A stretch of 63,106 nt of DNA, counting the filler, from Octopus bimaculoides (taxonomy: Eukaryota), in assembly GCF_001194135.2 (NCBI RefSeq). It is 5 parts of 5 records of this genome, joined end to end, with 100 filler letters (N's around TTAATTAATTAA, not from the genome) between each part and the next. Parts side by side here need not be neighbours in the genome. Positions count along the whole stretch, not along the records: positions 36,064 to 58,234 come from NC_068981.1; 4 more parts are not named here. One strand, 5' to 3'. Each line of letters opens with the position of its first letter. The stretch's first letter is position 1. Both the position numbers and the translations under genes were made by a program. Shown in pieces: positions 37,174 through 49,221 of the stretch. The notes below the pieces were generated by a model. That model searched no databases and was not told the origin of the DNA. It was given only the letters and a program-made list of their open reading frames with translations.

Positions 37174-38371
37174 NGTGGATTCGTTTCCGTTTTGACGTAT
37201 TTTGGTATGGTATTAAAGAGTGCTGGACCGGCTGAGGTAAAGTAGTTGTGACGTCATGTTGCTATGTGTACAGAGTTCGATTTTTGTAGTGGGCGGATAG
37301 CACGGGGGCCAAGTCTTGGATGGATTTTAAAATTGATGCCAACATCATTTGTGCAATATTGATGGAATATTTTCCACATAACACAAATGATGTAGTGCCC
37401 CCGACGGTGTTTGGAGAGAGTTTAGAGGTTGAGATTGACCCCAATAATCATTGCCTGTCATGCTGTCTATCTTTCTTGTTATGGACCTCTGGAGTGCTTC
37501 TATTTTCTTAATGAGTTGTTTTGTATGGGGGACCACAGTGGGCAACAGTACTCAAGGTGGGGTCGGACAAAAGTAGAGTAGAGAAGGATGATGGTGTAGG
37601 CATCTCTAGACCGGAAAGTTCTCAGAATCTAGGAGCACATATCGCTGGCCAAGTCAACCTTGCTGTTTACGTAGGAACTCCAGCTTAGATTGTTATCGAC
37701 AATTACTCCAAGATCTCTGGTATTATTGGATGACACCAGGGAGTCTCCCGAGGGAAGAGCATATGGTAATTTCAGAGTTTCCTCTTTCCCAAAGTGGATC
37801 AAATCAAATTTATCTTCATTTAAAAGCATATTGTCTTTTGGTGTTTTTTTTCCGCCCATTGGACAATAGCAAACAGATCTGACTGAAGGCATGTTTGATT
37901 TCCCATGCCGTTTATGGCTTTCTGGAGTTTGGAATCATCTGCAAAGATTTTCAATGTAGAATGTTTGACGAAATCTACTATATCGTTGAAGTAAATAATG
38001 AAGAAGAGTGGGCCCAACACAGTGCCTTGTGGGACACCACTCTTGACTTTGGCTGAGCTGGATCGTATTCTCTCAAACACAGCATGTTGGATTCTGTTCG
38101 TCAGGAAACACTTTATCCACTGCAGCAGCTTCCTATGGACTCCAATGTTGGACATTTTCTTCAGCAGGATTTTGTGGTCCACTCTGTCAAATGTCTTGCT
38201 GAAATCAAGGTGCATGACGTCAGTTTTGGAGCCCCCTTCCAACGCTTTTAAGATGAAATCAAAATGGTGCAGAAGCTGCGACAGGCAGTCCCTGCCATCA
38301 CGGAAACCATACTGGTTGGGGTTCAGCAGATTGTTGTCTTCGTGGAAGTGAGTTATTCGCGATCTCACCAC
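37174..38371 (-). mobile_element. CR1/L2-group LINE RT domain and C-terminus, bounded by gaps
   Basis: NPNQYGFRDGRDCLSQLL, MHLDFSKTFDRVDHKIL, SGVPQGTVLGPLFFII, KIFADDSKL, RDLGVIVDNNLSWSSYV and KKIEALQRSITRKI. Confidence 0.93.
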
Positions 38372-38793
38372 NNNNNNNNNNNNNNNNNNNNNNNNNNNNN
38401 NNNNNNNNNNNNNNNNNNNNNNNNNNNNNNNNNNNNNNNNNNNNNNNNNNNNNNNNNNNNNNNNNNNNNNNCACGTACACACACACACAAACATCTTGTG
38501 TTTTATAGATATTGATATATACACACATATATATATAATTGTTTTGAGAAAGAATATAATTAATCAGAAACTCTCTCACAAAATTAAGGTTTGCACTTAG
38601 AAGTACTCAAGAGGAACTTGTGACAAAAGATAAAAATGTATAATTTAATACTTAAACATGACTCCGATTTCAGAAGAATTTAAAGAACAAGTATATACAT
38701 GATACATCAAAAATATATAAACACATAGACATTTTTTTTAAATCCATAGATGAATAAATATATTAAAAATATATACGTAAGATAATAGATTTT

Positions 38794-39132
38794 GTGTCTT
38801 CTACTATAGCCTCGAGCCGACCAAAGCCTTGTGAGTGGATTTGGTAGACGGAAACTGAAAGAAGCCCGTCGTATATATGTATATATATGTATGTGTATAT
38901 GTATATGTGTGTGTGTGTGTGTGCGTTTCTGTGTTTGTCCCCCTAGCATTGCTTGACAACCGATGCTGGTGTGTTTATGTCCCTTGTCACTTAGCGGTTC
39001 GGCAAAAGAGACCAATAGAATAAGTACTAGGCTTACAAGGAATAAGTCCCGGGGTCGATTTGCTCGACTAAAGGCGGTGCTCCAGCATGGCCGCAGTCAA
39101 ATGACTGAAACAAGTAAAAGAGTAAAAGAGTA
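38794..39132 (+). mobile_element. SINE family A, 5'-truncated, well preserved
   Basis: GTGTCTTCTACTATAGCC...CATGGCCGCAGTCAAATGACTGAAAC(AAGTAAAAG)n. Confidence 0.9.
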
Positions 39133-39382
39133 TAAATATATTCAAACATACATGTATGCGTAAATATATTGAAGAAGGTCTGAAGTGGTGATGAAAGCGA
39201 AAGAAAAAATACAAGGAGGAAAGAAATTAAAAGTCAGGATAGTTTAAATTTGTTAAAATAGGGTACCAACGGCCGTTTCTAGAGGTTAATTGCTGGTAAA
39301 AATAAGGGGATATAGTACCAATTATTTAGTAATTCCTCCTTCTTCAGGGTAACAAGTTTTACATTTACGTCTATATGAAATG

Positions 39383-39438
<56 letters not shown>

Positions 39439-39568
39439 CGTGCGTGCACTAGTTCTAATTGTTTCGTAATGTTGGTCTTATTACTAGAATATAACTTTTG
39501 GTCATCAACATACATACATACGTATATACATACAAATATACATATACATACGCATATATATATACATA

Positions 39569-40124
39569 CGAGGGTGAGTGAAAAAGTAATGCCATTTTGT
39601 TTAGGACAGGTATAATTACCAACACAGGAACATGTATCATACATCAAAATGAAGCTGGTCCTCTGTGGATCACATCCCTACTTCTCAACATAGTCACCGT
39701 TTCTCTCAATAGTAATGTTGCACCTTCGAATGAGAGCATGTATCCCTGCCCCGTAAAATTCTGTTGACTGTTCTTTGAGCCACTTCTTCACTACTTCCAC
39801 ACTCACCAGGTTTAGCGCCTTCAGACTACCATCTCTTCGGCCCCATGAAAGAGGGTTTGAGAGGCAAACATTATTCTAATAATGAGGAAGTGAAAACTGT
39901 TGTGAAGAAGTGGCTCAAAGAACAGTCAACAGAACTTTACGGGGCAGGGATACGTGCTCTCATTCAAAGGTGGAACATTGCTATTGAGAGAAACGGTGAC
40001 TATGTTGAGAAGTAGGGATGTGATCCACAGAGGACCAGCTTCATTTTGATGTATGATACATGTTCCTGTGTTGGTAATTATACCTGTCCTAAACAAAATG
40101 GGATTACTTTTTGACTCACCCTCG
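39569..40124. mobile_element. Fold-back (palindromic) mariner derivative, 556 bp, 223-bp inverted arms
   Basis: TA TSD at 39567-68 and 40125-26. Arms 39569-39791 and 39902-40124 differ at 7 positions. The plus strand 39791-40015 encodes the transposase C-terminus LLPHSPGLAPSDYHLFGPMKEGLRGKHY..RWNIAIERNGDYVEK*. Confidence 0.93.
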
Positions 40125-40177
40125 TATATACATAATACATACATGCATACCTATGTACGTATGTAATTATGTATGTA

Positions 40178-41078
40178 CGAGAGGGTACCCAAAAGAAACC
40201 AGAATTTCGCAAAATTATTTTATTCACTTAGTTTTAAATGCTTACACTTTTATCGCCTCCAAAGTATTCTCCATTTGAAGCAATGCATCGGTCCAGGCGC
40301 GTTTTCCATTATTGGAAGCATTCCTGGAACTCTTGTGAAGTGATACTTTTTAACGCCTCCATTGTTTCTTTCTTCAAGCCTTCTACATCTGCAAATTCCA
40401 TGGCACCAGCTTTCGTCACCAGGGATGATGAAAAACGGTCCGGATCAACTTCCAACTGTTCTTTCAGTTCACGACACGCATTCAGTCGAGACTGTTTTTG
40501 ATCTTCCATAAGTAATCGAGGCACAAGCTTTGCTGCAACCCTTTTCATTCGCAATTTCTCGCTCAAAATCCGTTGTTAGGAGCTCCAGGACACAACAGTC
40601 ATATCAACAAGTTTGTCAACTGTTCGGTGACGGTCCTCCAAGACCAGTTCATGAATTTTCGTCATGCTTTCATTCGTTTGAGAGATCGACGGTCGCCCCG
40701 AACGAGGTTAATCCTCAAGTGACAAGTGACCATTCCTAAAGCGTGAAAACCACTCGTAAACTTGTATCTTGCTCTTGGCAGCGTCCTTGTAAGCTGTTTG
40801 AAGCATGACAACTGTTTCGGCCGCCGTTTTCCTCAACAGAAAACAGAATTTCACGAAAGCACGCGGTTCCCTCGTTTCAGTTACCGCAAAAATCGATGAA
40901 CAAAGGAGAAACACTGCAAAACAAAGATTCACTACGTGGGATTTTGACTCCAACGGACAACGCCAGTCGGCAGACTGATGCCTGAGGGTTGCATCAAGTG
41001 GCTTCTAGTGGCGGAAGCCTGGACTACAACGGGATTGTCCAACAGAAAATGTTTCCGGTTACATTTGGGTACCCCTCG
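40178..41078 (-). mobile_element. Internally deleted mariner (irritans-like TACGAGG TIRs)
   Basis: TA-flanked TIRs CGAG(A)GGGTACCCAAA. N-terminus FVKFCFLLRKTAAET..VYEWFSRFRNG..PRSGRP..KLVPRLL is joined to the C-terminus EFQECFQ*WKTRLDRCIASNGEYF. The DD34D core is deleted. Confidence 0.9.
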
Positions 41079-41089
41079 TATAGTAATTC

Positions 41090-41176
41090 GTTTGAGTTTA
41101 ATGGGACGCTAACGTCTTCCTTATCAGCGCGTTCAACCCCCGACTGCATTGATTTCACAAACCGACCAGACGACAC
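41090..41176 (+). other. Candidate non-coding first exon (possible 5' exon of the 52.4-kb gene)
   Basis: Short CpG-rich non-repeat stretch ending in CAC|GTAAGT (41177-41182). The exon at 52405 has an acceptor and needs an upstream donor. The start position is a guess. Confidence 0.3.
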
Positions 41177-41439
41177 GTAAGTCCCGATCAACCCAAAATA
41201 ATCAATGAATTTTACTCATTTATATAATCAATTTCAACATCTGTGTAAAGCATGTATGACGTGGCAAACTATTAAGAATGAATGTAATTAACCTTATGGA
41301 GATAAAAAAAAATAATAACCTAAAAAGAAGAAAGGAAAGCAAGAAAGAAATAGAAATAAAAAACCGTGAAAATTTTCCTGTTGTTTAAATGTTTTTGCAA
41401 CCTCCATGAATTAGAAGATCATGTTTGTGGTTGGTGGGT

Positions 41440-42400
41440 CTTTGAAAATATATTACACCTCCAGCCTTGGTAACCATTTTATTCTTTCATTCTTTTATTT
41501 GACTCTTGTGGATTTTGGGGAGGCCATAGAAAAGGCTTGGTGTGCATTTAAAGTTTGTGATGTAGTCTTTTTCTTTTTCTGTCAGGCCTTTTCCATGTTT
41601 GAGTATTAAAAATGTAAGATTTTTCAAATGTTTTTTGCTGCCTATAATTATCCACTTTTTCATAAAAGGAGTCATTTTCTAGTATGGACAATGCTAGGTT
41701 TTTATAGTATTCTGTGTCCATCACAACTACAGCACTCCCTTTGTCTGCTTCTTTGATTGTCAGGTCTTTGTCATTTTTTAGCTGTGGTAGGTGCTTCCAT
41801 TGTATGTTGTTGAAGTAAGGTACAATTTTTGGTTTATAGAATGTGTGAGGAAAATTCTAGATACGGTTGCGGAAGTCGTCTAGTGTTTTATTCCTTCCTT
41901 TGGGTGGTAGGTAATTACTTTTGTTTTTCACTAGTGGTTCGTCATCGATGTTGTAGTTGGTTAGTGCTTCTGTCAATCAAAGTTTTCTACAGAATTCTGT
42001 AATATTATCTTTAATTTCATTGGAATTGGGTCTACGTGGGGTGGGTGTAAATTTTAAACCTTTAGCTAAAATATGGATTTTTGCTGTGGAGAGAGTTTTC
42101 TGAGATAAATTGATTATTTGGGGTTTCTCCCGTAAGTTCTGTTCCAACGTATGTCCCTGTATCTCTCTACTCTGTCTAAAAAACATTGTTTCTTGTAGGA
42201 GTATTGTTGTGTAGGGGAGTTGGTTCGGATTACGTGGTGTGGGTGTTTATGTTGGAATGAGTTGTAGGGGTGTTTGGTCCTGTACAGGACGCTGTGAAGT
42301 TATTCTTTTTGTCTGGGTGAAGTTCCGAAAGTTGAATTCCTGTGTTGAAGAGTCGGTAGGATCGCCTGTCTGTTTCTAGTTGTAGGAGGTTTTAAACTTT
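41440..42400 (-). mobile_element. Penelope-like element, pre-RT/RT N-terminal fragment
   Basis: PLE hallmark motifs INLSQKTLS, LAKGLKFTPTP, TIKEADKGSAVVVMD and FYGLPKIHKS, frameshifted. Confidence 0.88.
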
Positions 42401-42439
42401 GTTTGTGTTTTTGGTTTCCCTATGTCTTGCTGTGACTCT

Positions 42440-42766
42440 AGACGCTCTTAATAAACTTTCTTCACTATTCCTACATTGGAGTCTGTATCTACTCTAGCTA
42501 CTCCTACGCAATCTTCTACTGATATTAACCCTCTTTCAACTTCCTTTCTAGGTAAGTATAACCTTGCTTCTCCTGCCCTTGGATGGAGTCCCCCATTCAT
42601 ATTGAATTCCTTCCTAGTTCTTCTGCTTAGCTTTGCTAATTTAGTTTTTGTCCAATCTACAAAAGCTGCTCAGTATCTAAGTAATGATACTGCCCAAGTA
42701 CTTACAGCTTTCACTAGATTCAGACCATTTAGATTTGATTTCTCAATTTTCGTTTTCATCCAAGAC
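42440..42766 (-). mobile_element. R4/Dong-clade non-LTR retrotransposon fragment (post-RT region)
   Basis: LNGLNLVKAVSTWAVSLLRY*AAFVDWT..LSRRTRK..GGLHPRAGEARLYLPRKEVERGLISVEDCV resembles the R4/Dong LHP..DV.RLYLPRK.GGRGL motif. Confidence 0.8.
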
Positions 42767-43090
42767 AAGGGATCCAGTTTTGCTTTGAAAACAACTACAT
42801 CGACCCCGCGTAAGTCTTTCGGGAATTTTAAGAGGATACTGAGGAGCTGTAAGACCTTGAAACTCAAGTTATTGCAGTATTGGTCCTGTATCCTGATGGC
42901 GGTGTTAGGATCTTTGGCACTGCACAGTGGTGCCCCGTTTCTGCTGTTTGCATAATTTTCAATGCCAAAGTTAAGTGCAAGACCCTCCAGGATTTTCCAT
43001 ACATATATTACTGCATACCTTTCCTGACTTCGTTCTGGTGAGTAAACTTTTAACTGTTTCAGCCTCTCCCAGTAGCCGATATGTCGTTAT
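42767..43090 (-). mobile_element. CR1/L2-group LINE 3' fragment
   Basis: YWERLKQLKVYSPERSQERYAVIYVWKILEGL..VDVVVFKAKLD. Confidence 0.82.
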
Positions 43091-43465
43091 CAGACGACCT
43101 TCACCGTTGTTGAAAAGTTTAAGAATTATGAATCATGCAGAGTTTTTCTCTTTTTTTTTAAAATTTATTTTGCCATTTGTATGAATAAAATACAAATGTT
43201 TTAATGTTGCCCAGTCTGGTGTTGATAGACGTCGCAGTGAATATATTTATTATTGCAAAATATCAATAATTTATCCACCTTTTTCTTCAGATGTCATTAT
43301 GACCTGCTATTTCATGACTATTTTAAATAATCGATTATTTTTTTAATCTTTCACTGATATAGATGTGACAATGTGTGGACGTGTATGGGCGTGTGTGTAC
43401 ACATGTGTATACATATACATGCGTGTATGTAAGTTTGTGTGTGTGTGTGTATATATATATATATG

Positions 43466-43520
<55 letters not shown>

Positions 43521-43819
43521 NNNNNNNNNNNNNNNNNNNNNNNNNNNNNNNNNNNNNNNNNNNNNNNNNNNNNNNNNNNNNNNNNNNNNNNNNNNNNNNN
43601 NNNNNNNNNNNNNNNNNNNNNNNNNNNNNNNNNNNNNNNNNNNNNNNNNNNNNNNNNNNNNNNNNNNNNNNNNNNNNNNNNNNNNNNNNNNNNNNNNNNN
43701 NNNNNNNNNNNNNNNNNNNNNNNNNNNNNNNNNNNNNNNNNNNNNNNNNNNNNNNNNNNNNNNNNNNNNNNNNNNNNNNNNNNNNNNNNNNNNNNATATA
43801 TATATATATATATATATAT

Positions 43820-44223
43820 AGGCGCAGACGTGGCTCCGTGGTAAGTAGCTTGCTTACCAACCACATGGTTTTGGGTTCATTCCCACTGCATGGCACCTTG
43901 GGCAAGTGTCTTCTACTATAGCCTCAGACCAACCAAAGCCTTGTGAGTGGATTTGGTAGATGGAAACTGAAAGAAGCCCGTCGCATATATATATGTACGT
44001 ATGTATATGTATGTATGTGTTCATGTGTCGGTGTTTGTCTCCCCCCCCCCTCCCAACATCGCTTGACAACCAATGCTGGTGTGTTTAGCAGTTCGGTAAA
44101 GAGACTGCTAGAATAAATACTAGGCTTACAAAAAATATGTTCTGGGGTCGATTTGTTCGACTAAAGGCGGTGCTCCAGCATGGCTGCAGTCAATTGACTG
44201 AAACAAATAAAAGAATAAAAGAA
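43820..44223 (+). mobile_element. Full-length SINE family A (tRNA head, CORE-like GGCACCTTGGGCAAGTGTCTT, internal microsatellite, hairpin tail); further copies 48733-48900 (+), 57570-57800 (-), 57949-58110 (+)
   Basis: A box TGGCT..GTGGT, B box GGTTCA(G/T)TCCC and a repeated AAAAGAAT tail. Confidence 0.9.
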
Positions 44224-44780
44224 CATATATATATATATATATACAGTATATATATATTTAGAGAGAGAGAGAAATCTCTGGTTCAACATTCGCCGAATGA
44301 CCTGCCCAAACGATTTGTTTATAGAGATCGAATGTTCGTGTCACACATTGGCTCCCTTTCTCCATCAAATAAACCTTGTCTAAACAGGTGTCACGGTGTG
44401 CCACGCGTCAGGTGTCAAAGCGACCGCAGAGTGACGTGAGATGAAGTGTTTTGCTCAAGAACATAACGCATATATAGGGGTGGATGTGTATGTATGTATG
44501 TATGTATGTTTTATTAGCCCCATCATCAGCTAGGTGGTGCTCTCCCTGAGTTCAGGGGTCGGCTCGCCAAGGTTCCCTTGGTTCCCTCTGTGATGGGCTA
44601 CATGCATGCAAATAGCCAGACCTTTATTTCCAATCCATTCTTTGATGTCATTCATCTATCGTGTGTGTGTACATACATGTACACACACACACATACTTAC
44701 ATACACATACGTACACATTTATCGCATATGTTCGAGCGTTTGTATATGATACAAACACTCAAACATATGTGATATATATA

Positions 44781-45085
44781 CAGTGGCAAACTGGGTCTAA
44801 AAATATTGGTTGCCAGGAGACTAAGGGGGCCCACCCGCAGCTACAAGATTTTCCACCCGCAACTACAATACTATCATTTATTATTATTATTTTTGTTTTT
44901 GTTCGTCTATCTACAAACGGCCAGGCTGAAATAATTAATGCATTCTTCCAAGAATGAATAAAAAATTCTCCAACTTGAGGGGATGGGCCCCTTAGATACT
45001 AACATAGGCCCCCATATATAAATTCTAATGGCGCAGGGACCCACTCGCCATCGGTTAAGGTGGCAACCTGGCCAGTCCGCCACTG
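44781..45085. mobile_element. MITE-like element with CAGTGGC(G/A)(G/A)ACTGG termini (hAT-like)
   Basis: Left end CAGTGGCAAACTGGG; the right end reverse-complements to CAGTGGCGGACTGGC. GGGCCC(C) subterminal motifs are present. No clear TSD. Confidence 0.6.
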
Positions 45086-45364
45086 CGTATGTGTATGTAA
45101 GTGTGTGTGTACATGTACGTACACACACACACACACACACACACACGCACGCACACATATACATATATATATATATATAAATCTTTCAAAGAGGTGTGTT
45201 AAACATCCAATTCACTTGTACTTCTAAAGTGACTTACAAATGATTGAACTGTGATCTTGTTCCGTTTTTGTTATATATTATATTCATAGTATTTAATGTA
45301 ATATTGTAATGCAAATAAATTATTGAATATCAATAGAATATCCCTATATTTAATTTATGTATAA

Positions 45365-45524
45365 AAGCATTGGTTATAGAACAAACATTAAATTTGGGTC
45401 AACGACGTTACATACAACACCATCCTTCCAACATTTAATCATATATAAAAAAAAAACACCATGGTCTACAAACACATAAAAAATAATACATATACATAAA
45501 ATGTTTGTTCTATAACCAATGCTT
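45365..45524. repeat. Perfect 25-bp inverted repeat with 110-bp spacer
   Basis: AAGCATTGGTTATAGAACAAACATT (45365-45389) and AATGTTTGTTCTATAACCAATGCTT (45500-45524). Confidence 0.9.
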
Positions 45525-46264
45525 CTTTATCTTCATCTCATTTATATTTGAGCACTTCTTTTGCTGTCCTATAAACCCTTTTGTTTCTATAAGAGACAAA
45601 TATCATTTCTTGAATGATATATATAAATGATATATATAAAACAATTGCAGCGTGGAAGGCGTTTATAAGCCATTTAAAATAACACACAAAATCCGTTAGA
45701 TTCACTTCAACATTTAAATTTAATCTGTCNNNNNNNNNNNNNNNNNNNNNNNNNNNNNNNNNNNNNNNNNNNNNNNNNNNNNNNNNNNNNNNNNNNNNNN
45801 NNNNNNNNNNNNNNNNNNNNNNNNNNNNNNNNNNNNNNNNNNNNNNNNNNNNNNNNNNNNNNNNNNNNNNNNNNNNNNNNNNNNNNNNNNNNNNNNNNNN
45901 NNNNNNNNNNNNNNNNNNNNNNNNNNNNNNNNNNNNNNNNNNNNNNNNNNNNNNNNNNNNNNNNNNNNNNNNNNNNNNNNNNNNNNNNNNNNNNNNNNNN
46001 NNNNNNNNNNNNNNNNNNNNNNNNNNNNNNNNNNNNNNNNNNNNNNNNNNNNNNNNNNNNNNNNNNNNNNNNNNNNNNNNNNNNNNNNNNNNNNNNNNNN
46101 NNNNNNNNNNNNNNNNNNNNNNNNNNNNNNNNNNNNNNNNNNNNNNNNNNNNNNNNNNNNNNNNNNNNNNNNNNNNNNNNNNNNNNNNNNNNNNNNNNNN
46201 NNTATATACATACGTACAGACAGACATATATATACATATTTATATATATGTATATACATATATA

Positions 46265-46318
<54 letters not shown>

Positions 46319-47639
46319 GAATAAAAAGTTTTGAAAGGTACAACAATGCACTATAATACAAAAAATGGACTATTCTTTGACCTTTTGAAACAGGACAAAA
46401 CGTCCGAAAATTCTCTCCAATTCTCGCAACTTTAAAAACTTTCTACTTGACCAGTGAAGGGCATATTGATAATGCAGACCAGCACGGCAACTTTCACTGA
46501 ATTCTGAATTAAGTCGTTGAATATTAGGCTTCTGGGCCCAAATTTAGTTCAAATCATAAAACTTATGCAATATATTTATAATAATGCATTCCTTTTTTTA
46601 ATTATTTAATAAAACGTTAGTTAGCCACCACAGCCAGCCAAACATCCACTAGTTTGGTACTAAAGAGAAAAATCAAGCTGTACAAAATGGGCAATCCAAT
46701 ATAATTACCTCCCTTGATGGATGTAAGGGAGATAAATCGATATTTAGTCGAATAATTTACTAAAGACTTGGCACCGACGATGATGAGGATGATGATGATG
46801 TAATTTATATCAGAGATCGCTTCACAGTATAACACAACTGGAGGTAGGAGCAACTGATTGAGTAATATACATGAGTAATATAAAAACAGCGTGTAACATG
46901 AAAGTCTAATCGACACCATATATTATTACATTTTAATAAAATCATATATATATATATATATTTGAGGATAAGCAAATGTACTCCTCAGCTGCATAATGGA
47001 ATTTCATTTTAGAAAGTCATTTTGAAGATGTTTGCAAAAAACAAGAGTAAGAGAAGTAAACATACCATCTCGACTATGCTGTTGTTCCACAGACAAGTGA
47101 ATCAAACAAGAATTTAAAATCTAATTGGAAGGATAGTAGTAATTTCAAATTTAGAGGAAGGTAGGTTAAGTAGTGGTAGACAGCAGGTTAGGGGTAAATC
47201 TTTTGATTAACTCTATATTATATATATATATATATACATATATATNNNNNNNNNNNNNNNNNNNNNNNNNNNNNNNNNNNNNNNNNNNNNNNNNNNNNNN
47301 NNNNNNNNNNNNNNNNNNNNNNNATATATATATATATATGTTGTTATACTTGGGGATGGTCATGTTGCCAATTTAGCCAATATATATATATATACTTGCA
47401 AAACGTGAGTCCTAGGGTCGATTTGTTCGACAAAAGGTGGTGCCCCAACATGGCCGCAGTCATGTAAACGAATAAAAGAATACACACACGAAGTGTACAG
47501 TATTATATATCCATGAAGGCCGATCTTGCCAATCGGTTTTGCAATGTATGATGCTGTACACTTCGGATAATATACTCATTCTATTGACTCATATACGAGT
47601 GCATCTTTTTTCCTGACATATGGACTTTTAGCCGACTTA

Positions 47640-47642
47640 TGC

Positions 47643-47684
<42 letters not shown>

Positions 47685-47714
47685 AGAGAGAGAGAGAGAG
47701 AGAGACAGAGAGAC

Positions 47715-47749
<35 letters not shown>

Positions 47750-47854
47750 CAGACAGATAGGCAGACAGACAGACAGACGGACAGACGGACAGATGGACAG
47801 ACGGACGGACGGACGGACGGACGGACGGACGGACAGAAAGACAGACAGACAGAC

Positions 47855-47918
<64 letters not shown>

Positions 47919-48010
47919 CGATAGATAGATAATGTATAGCAGGTATGTGTGTGTGTGTGTGTGTGTGTGTGCACAAATGCACACACAAATGCACACATAC
48001 ACATACACAC
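47640..48010. repeat. Compound microsatellite (TA)n-(GA)n-(GACA)n-(GGAC)n-(GATA)n-(TG)n
   Basis: Read directly from the sequence. Confidence 0.96.
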
Positions 48011-49221
48011 ACTAATATACCTCTGGTAAAGGCAATCAATGGTCAATCTTCCCACAGACGGACTTCATCTTTGTCACAGTTTCCGACGACCAAGTTTTAA
48101 TCACAAGATTTTGGCCGAGTCGATGCTACAGTAGATGATGCCTTGCAGTGGAATCGATCCCAAGATCACGTAGTTGCGAACAAAATGTCTTAACCACACA
48201 TCCACAGATGCACATATAACACAATCGTGTCAGTTAAGATAGCGATTGGGAAGGGAGCTGAATCTGTAAGACCTATGGATAAATACCGTATACTAGTTGT
48301 CTCCCTTGCATGTTCTAAACTCGAGTTCTCATCTATCAGGATGATGGACAATAATATAAAATACCCGTCGTGTGAGCTGGCTACGATCAGCGGAACAGCC
48401 TGCTCGTGAAATTAACATGCAAGTAGCTGAGCACTGCACAGACACACGTACTCTTAACGTGGTTCTTAGGTAGATTCAGTGTGAGACAGAATGTGATAAG
48501 GCTGGACTGAAGCAACGTGAATTAAAGAGTCTTGCCGAAGGACACAACGCGTCGCCGGGAATCGAACCCACTTCCTTACGATCGTCAGCCGAATAACCCG
48601 TGCTACTTTAGTGCTACTTTCCATGAGATCTACATGAGCAAATTTACATTGGTGGGTGATCTACACGTTTATTTTCATTTTTATATGGCTTTCTTATTAC
48701 TAAAAAGTAAGAATTTTGAAAAAAAATACATTTAGCTTGCTTCCAAACCACATGGTTCCGGGTTCAGTCCCACTGAGTGGCACCTTGGGCAGGTGTCTTC
48801 TACTATAGCCTCGGGTCGACCAAAGCCTTGTGAGTGGATTTGGTAGACGGAAATTGAAAGAAGCCTGTCGTGTATATGTGTGTATATATGTGTGTGTGTG
48901 NNNNNNNNNNNNNNNNNNNNNNNNNNNNNNNNNNNNNNNNNNNNNNNNNNNNNNNNNNNNNNNNNNNNNNNNNNNNNNNNNNNNNNNNNNNNNNNNNNNN
49001 NNNNNNNNNNNNNNNNNNNNNNNNNNNNNNNNNNNNNNNNNNNNNNNNNNNNNNNNNNNNNNNNNNNNNNNNNNNNNNNNNNNNNNNNNNNNNNNNNNNN
49101 NNNNNNNNNNNNNNNNNNNNNNNNNNNNNNNNNNNNNNNNNNNNNNNNNNNNNNNNNNNNNNNNNNNNNNNNNNNNNNNNNNNNNNNNNNNNNNTATATA
49201 TATATATATATATATATATAT

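Noticed and set aside
38658-38695. TTTAAAGAACAAG identical to the start of the WTAP exon
   Set aside because: A 13-bp AT-rich match on the opposite strand with no further similarity, consistent with chance.
43060-43100. Minus-strand CTGATAA...GAAAC as a hammerhead
   Set aside because: There is no stem II, and the bases encode the CR1 motif YWERLKQL.
43272-43307. Minus-strand MTSEEK resembling human WTAP MTNEE
   Set aside because: The donor would be a weak GTGGAT in phase 1, which gives a stop on joining the 32932 exon.
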